DNA from: Chiloscyllium plagiosum
Taxonomy: Eukaryota
Assembly: GCF_004010195.1 (NCBI RefSeq)
Contig: NC_057725.1
Coordinates: forward strand, 28,153,912 to 28,217,911
Reading direction: 5' to 3'
Length of the DNA stretch: 64,000 bases
Shown: one piece after another, positions 62,721-64,000 of the stretch
Position numbering within the stretch: position 1 is the first letter of the stretch
Layout of the letters: the number at the start of each line of letters is the position of its first letter
The notes under the pieces: generated by a model
Told to the model about the DNA's origin: nothing
The model's input: the letters and a program-made list of their open reading frames with translations, nothing else
Database searches by the model: none
Translations under genes and position numbers: made by a program

Positions 62721-63687
62721 GACTTTATCTGTCTCCCTTGAAGTCCATATAAAGTTTCCATTCTGTGTGATCTCTCGTCACTTATGGATGCCATTGCACT
62801 CTCTTCCAGACATTGACCTTTTATAGTTCAGTATCATGCTTGCTGATCACTCATGATGGGTTAACAATGTGTGAGTTTGTCCACTCCATTAACTAGTACA
62901 CATCCTCGGCAAACTTGTGCACTGGGGGCTATTTCTGGTTCAAAGCTTTCCTGTTTTTTGCTTATGACTTGCCAACTGTAAATTGAAACCATGTTCTATA
63001 TGATTTTGTGCCTGATGGCCAACGTTGAGTTTCATTTCTGTATATTCTTGTTTGCTCTTTCAAAACCAGTTGGGGTCAGTTTAGGTCAGGACAGAATGTG
63101 TTTTTACTGAGTGAAGTGTTAATAGGAAGCTCTGCTCCAGATTGCTGTCCGAGCAGTTACTTCTTTGGAAGCTGTAATGTTGGATCTTTCCAGATTGGGG
63201 CTCTTTCTCCCCAAATAGCGTGCTTGATATGGATTCAAAATGTGAGAGATGTGATAGGCAGGCACTGTCATTCTGAAGTGAATTTCCAAATGAACTTCAT
63301 ATTGAAGGCTGAAGGTGTCTGCTGTGGTGGGAAAAATGAGGCCATCTACTTCAGTGTAAAGATCCAAATGGGGTAAAGGGCAGACCTTTTTCAGGCAATG
63401 TCAACTCAAAGTGGTGATAAAGATGAATAAGAAAAGATGCAAAAACATTTCTAAGATAGAAACTTGGAGAATGTTGTGTTCCCTACACTTGCTGCCCCTT
63501 TTTCTAAGTAGTAAGATTTGAATTTAGATGGCACTTTCTAAGGAGCATTGCTGATTTGCTCCAGTGAATCTTGTAGGTAGTAAACCCTGCAGCCACAATG
63601 AACTAATGATGGATGGGTTTTCAATCAGGCAAATTATTTTTTAATTAGTGCTTGAGTTCTTGCATCCTGAATTTGGCTAACATAATT

Positions 63688-64000
63688 GGCAGCACAGTGG
63701 TTCAGTGTTAGCCCTACTGCCTCACTGTGTCAGAGACACCGATTCAGTTCCAGTTTTGGGTGACGGTCTGTGTGGAGTTTGTATGTTCTTCCCCATGGTT
63801 GTGTGGGTTTATGCTGGCTGCTCCAGTTTCCTCCCACAGTCCAAAGACGTGGATTGGCCATACTAATGTTGCCTGTAGTGTCTAGGGATGTGCGGTCTAG
63901 GTAGGTGAGCCATGGGAAATGTAGAGTTACAGGGATAGGGTAGGGGGAGGTGTGTCTGGATGGAATGTTTTTCAGAGGGCTGATGCAGATTCGATGGGCT
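63688..64000 (+). mobile_element. HE1-like SINE, diverged, running off the window
   Basis: ggcagcacagtggttcagtg..tgtgtggagtttg..tttcctcccacagtccaaagacgtg. Confidence 0.8.

Noticed and set aside
63098-63376. Overlapping 82-92-aa ORFs and a CERC motif near 63240
   Set aside because: No recognisable domain or splice support; at most a very old LINE remnant.

Overview
Repeat-rich vertebrate genomic DNA. The HE1-type SINEs, DeuSINEs and CR1 families point to a cartilaginous fish, probably a shark (inference). The only host exon I can support is the first coding exon of liprin-beta-2 (PPFIBP2-like, + strand, 56159-56267, MASDASHMLEAALEQMDDIIA-G), so the rest of the window is most simply its flanking introns or upstream DNA. 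These regions hold decayed CR1, L2 and other non-LTR LINEs, tRNA-derived SINEs, and at least three or four families of Penelope-like elements (PLEs) whose terminal repeats carry minimal type I hammerhead ribozyme (HHR) motifs. The standout is a young, about 1.4-kb composite insertion (57590-58981) bounded by a 13-16-bp target-site duplication (TSD) inside an old CR1. It holds three near-identical HHR-bearing PLE repeats (two direct, 963 nt apart, plus one inverted forming a 184-bp hairpin) enclosing about 770 bp of apparently captured genomic DNA, an arrangement resembling a retrozyme or transduction unit. Repeat boundaries are approximate and family names come from motif recognition, not database searches.
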